This document shows, one piece after another, positions 61,391-64,000 of a stretch of 64,000 bases of DNA. The position numbers and the translations under genes were made by a program. Position 1 is the stretch's first letter, and each line of letters begins with the position of its first letter. Source of the DNA: Dehalococcoidia bacterium (GTDB taxonomy: Bacteria > Chloroflexota > Dehalococcoidia > Lucifugimonadales > UBA3495); contig JAJDTP010000021.1 in NCBI GenBank assembly GCA_022827095.1, positions 258,771 through 322,770 of the forward strand. The letters are read 5' to 3'. The notes beneath the pieces are model-generated. The model saw only the letters and a list, made by a program, of their open reading frames with translations, made no database searches and had not been told where the DNA came from.

Positions 61391-61801
61391 TTAGCGCTCC
61401 ACGAAGATGAGGTCGTCCTCCTTGCCGACCCAACGATCGCGGGATTCCTCGAAAGCCCGGAGCTTATCCGGCTGCAAGTCGGTGCGTTTTTCGTTGTCGT
61501 CCAGGTAGGGATTGGGGAAATAGCAGCGCACCAGGGTTTCGTCCCATTGGTGAGAAAACCGCACGTAGTAGGATTTGAGGTCGCCGTGGCTGGCGGCCTC
61601 CACGAACTGGATGCCGTCGATCTTTTCCAACTGGAGGTGGAAGTGCCAGTTGTCGGCCTCAATGGTAGCCCAGCCGCTATGGACTTCCGGTGTCTTGATG
61701 CCGTGGGCGTGGTTTTCGCTGACTACGGAACCGCCGCCCACGACCCACATCATCTTGGGGTCGCTGGTGAGTTCGTTGAGCAATTCGAGCGTATTTTCCA
61801 T
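61391..61801 (-). CDS. hypothetical protein, possibly ChuX/HutX-like tetrapyrrole-binding fold
   Basis: 136 aa from ATG 61799-61801, with AGGAGGA upstream. WHFHLQLEKIDGIQFVEAASHGDLKSYYVRF resembles the HutX pattern (H.HL.L..I..I.FV....G..S....F) from memory only. Confidence 0.5.
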   Translation of the reverse strand: MENTLELLNELTSDPKMMWVVGGGSVVSENHAHGIKTPEVHSGWATIEADNWHFHLQLEKIDGIQFVEAASHGDLKSYYVRFSHQWDETLVRCYFPNPYLDDNEKRTDLQPDKLRAFEESRDRWVGKEDDLIFVER

Positions 61802-61821
61802 CGGCCGCGTCCTCCTGCTCA

Positions 61822-64000
61822 TCAAGCGGTTGCGGGACTGGTACGGGCGCCGGCTTCCTGCCTGGCATTACTTTCCTGGCGGGCTTCAATGTCAGTCTCG
61901 AGTTCAAGGTACATTTGGCGCAGTTGATCCAACATCTCCGGCGGCGGGTTTTCCCACAGGCCACGCTGGACCGCCTCCAACAGGCGCTCCACGATGCCGC
62001 GCAGGGCCCAGGGGTTACTCTGCCGGAAGAATTCCTGCATGTCGGGGTTCAGGACGTATTCTTCGGTAACGTCCTCGTACATCCAGTCCTCGATGACCTG
62101 GGCGGTCGCGTCGTAGCCGAACATGTAGTCCACCGTGGCCGCCAGCTCGAAGGCGCCCTTGTAGCCGTGGCGCTGCATGGACTGCATCCATTTGGGGTTG
62201 ACGACGCGGCTGCGGAAGACGCGACGCGCCTCGTCCTGCAGATCACGAACGCGAGCGCGGGACGGGTCGCTGCTGTCGCCGAAGAACTGGCGAGGGTTGC
62301 GTCCGGTCAGGGAGCGGACGGTGGCGATCATGCCGCCGTGGTACTGCATGTAGTCGTCGCTGTCGAACACGTCGTGCTCGCGGTTGTCCTGGTTCTTGGC
62401 GGCGATGACGATCTGGCCGAAACGGGTGCGGAACTCGTTGCGGGCGGTCACGCCGAAGTCCTGGCGGGAGTAGGCATAGCCACCCCAGGAGGTGTAAACC
62501 TCGGCCAGGTCGTGAACGGTCTCCCAGTTGCGCTCGTCCAGGACACCGAGGATGCCGGCGCCATAGGCTCCGGGTTTGCTGCCGAAGATGCGGAAGAGCG
62601 AAGAGTCGCCGGCGCTTTCCGTAGGGTCCGCCTCCGGCGAAGCGGAGCGGCGCTCGGCATCCTCGCGCACGTGCTTGACCACGAAGTTATCTTCCGGAGA
62701 CTCGTCCTGCGCGGCGGCCAGGGCCACGGCCTGGTCGATCAGGTAGATGAGGTTGGGGAAGGCGTCGCGGAAGAACCCGCTGATGCGCACGGTAACGTCG
62801 ATGCGGGGGCGGCCCAGTTCGGAGACGGGAATGACTTCCAGGCTGCTGATGCGGCGACTCTCGGCTTGCCAGACGGGTTTGACGCCAAGGAGGTACAGGA
62901 TCTGGGCAATGTCATCGCCGTGGGTGCGCATGGCGGAGGTGCCCCAAACAACGACGCCGACCATTTCGGGATAGCCACCCTCCTCGTCCAGGTATTTCTG
63001 CAGCAAGGCGTCGCCCAGGGACTTGCCCACGTCCCACGCGGTGGGCGACGGCAGGGCGCGAGGGTCAACCGAGTAGAAGTTTCGCCCGGTGGGCAGGACG
63101 TTGACCATGCCCCGGGTGGGAGCGCCCGAAGGACCCGGTGGGACGAACCGACCCTCCAATCCGCGCAACAGGTTGTCAATCTCGTCGGTGGTGCGAAGGA
63201 GGGACGGGTAGATGTGCTGACCCACGTAATTGAGCACATTCTCCGTGCGGGCGTCGGGCCCGCCCAGCGCATCTGCTACCACACCGGGGATCAGATGCGC
63301 CGCGAAACCATCGTCGCACAGGCGTTGGTATGCCTGGCGGCACAGGGACTCCAGCGCCTCGATGACGTCGCCGGCATTGCGGATGGGCGCATCGGCATCC
63401 GCGCTGTGCAAGGCAGAGGGAGTGCCGCCATTGACTGCCGCGGCCGGATCCTCGAGCAGGGCGTAGTAGTCGTATCCGAGGGCTTCCGCGAGGGAGCGGC
63501 GCAGGCTGGGCACGGCTCCGTTGTCGAGGCGGGTGAGAGCGCAGAGGAGACCGACCATCTGCTCCGCGGTGGGCGGCTCACCCAGAGTATGCAGGCCATC
63601 CTTGATCTGGGCGTCCTTGATCTCGCAGAGGTAGCCGTCGATTTCCAGCATGAACTCGCCGAAGTCATCCGGCTGCTCGTCGACGCCCAAGTCGCGGTGG
63701 AGTTCGGCCTGCTGCACCATCTCCCAGATCTGGGCTTCAAGCGTGGGCAGCTTGGCCGGGTCGAGGGTCTGGCACTGATAGTGCTCGTCCATGAGCTGCT
63801 CCAGCTTGGCGATATCGCCGTAGGAGTCAGCGGTGGTCATGGGCGGGATGAGGTGATCGATGATGGTCGCGTGGGTGCGGCGCTTGGCCTGTGTGCCTTC
63901 GCCGGGATTGTTGACGATGAACGGATAGAAGAGGGGGATGTCGTCCAGCGCCACCTCGGGGTAGCAGGCCTGGGACAGCCCAACGCCCTTGCCCGGCAGC
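61822..64000 (-). CDS. cobN: cobaltochelatase CobN / Mg-chelatase H-family large subunit, C-terminal part (gene continues beyond the right edge)
   Basis: More than 720 aa of CobN/ChlH-like sequence (FYPFIVNNPGEGTQAKRR, GRFVPPGPSGAPTRG, VWGTSAMRTHGDD, YQREHDVFDSDDYMQYHGGM). The open frame continues to position 64000. Confidence 0.9.
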   Translation of the reverse strand, partial: LPGKGVGLSQACYPEVALDDIPLFYPFIVNNPGEGTQAKRRTHATIIDHLIPPMTTADSYGDIAKLEQLMDEHYQCQTLDPAKLPTLEAQIWEMVQQAELHRDLGVDEQPDDFGEFMLEIDGYLCEIKDAQIKDGLHTLGEPPTAEQMVGLLCALTRLDNGAVPSLRRSLAEALGYDYYALLEDPAAAVNGGTPSALHSADADAPIRNAGDVIEALESLCRQAYQRLCDDGFAAHLIPGVVADALGGPDARTENVLNYVGQHIYPSLLRTTDEIDNLLRGLEGRFVPPGPSGAPTRGMVNVLPTGRNFYSVDPRALPSPTAWDVGKSLGDALLQKYLDEEGGYPEMVGVVVWGTSAMRTHGDDIAQILYLLGVKPVWQAESRRISSLEVIPVSELGRPRIDVTVRISGFFRDAFPNLIYLIDQAVALAAAQDESPEDNFVVKHVREDAERRSASPEADPTESAGDSSLFRIFGSKPGAYGAGILGVLDERNWETVHDLAEVYTSWGGYAYSRQDFGVTARNEFRTRFGQIVIAAKNQDNREHDVFDSDDYMQYHGGMIATVRSLTGRNPRQFFGDSSDPSRARVRDLQDEARRVFRSRVVNPKWMQSMQRHGYKGAFELAATVDYMFGYDATAQVIEDWMYEDVTEEYVLNPDMQEFFRQSNPWALRGIVERLLEAVQRGLWENPPPEMLDQLRQMYLELETDIEARQESNARQEAGARTSPATA

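Overview
High-G+C bacterial chromosomal window with no rRNA, tRNA, CRISPR array, transposase or integrase that I can see. All family assignments come from reading motifs by eye, not from searches. Gene content is mostly housekeeping and catabolic: a peptide/nickel-type ABC importer (binding protein plus two permeases, no ATPase), many acyl-CoA enzymes (AMP-ligase, DUF35 plus thiolase-like pair, crotonase, family III CoA-transferase, SDRs, HpcH aldolase, MeaB), a 2-oxoacid:ferredoxin oxidoreductase operon, a ThDP enzyme, RNase D, a histidine operon (hisZ-hisG-X-hisD-hisC-hisB), BirA, GlyRS, CysRS, an NfeD/SPFH pair, and a cobalt-chelatase/cobalt-uptake cluster (cobN, cbtB, cbtA, ChlI/ChlD-like). 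This paralogue-rich profile resembles marine or sponge-associated Chloroflexota-like genomes, but that is a low-confidence inference. Most notable: (1) an uninterrupted CysRS-GT2 glycosyltransferase fusion ORF; (2) two PaREP1/HEPN-like small helical proteins, each directly downstream of an aminoacyl-tRNA synthetase gene, one overlapping the glyQS stop codon; (3) a decaying defence islet, comprising a frameshifted MmeI-like nuclease-methyltransferase-TRD gene, an AT-richer ORF with a PD-(D/E)xK-like motif, and a retropepsin-like gene; (4) an intergenic palindromic repeat family with at least 7 loci, two of which are about 135-bp MITE-like elements with terminal inverted repeats and flanking direct repeats; (5) a tandem-fused family III CoA-transferase; (6) a long-form HisG next to a HisZ-like gene. 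The many long ORFs antisense to real genes are treated as high-GC artefacts.
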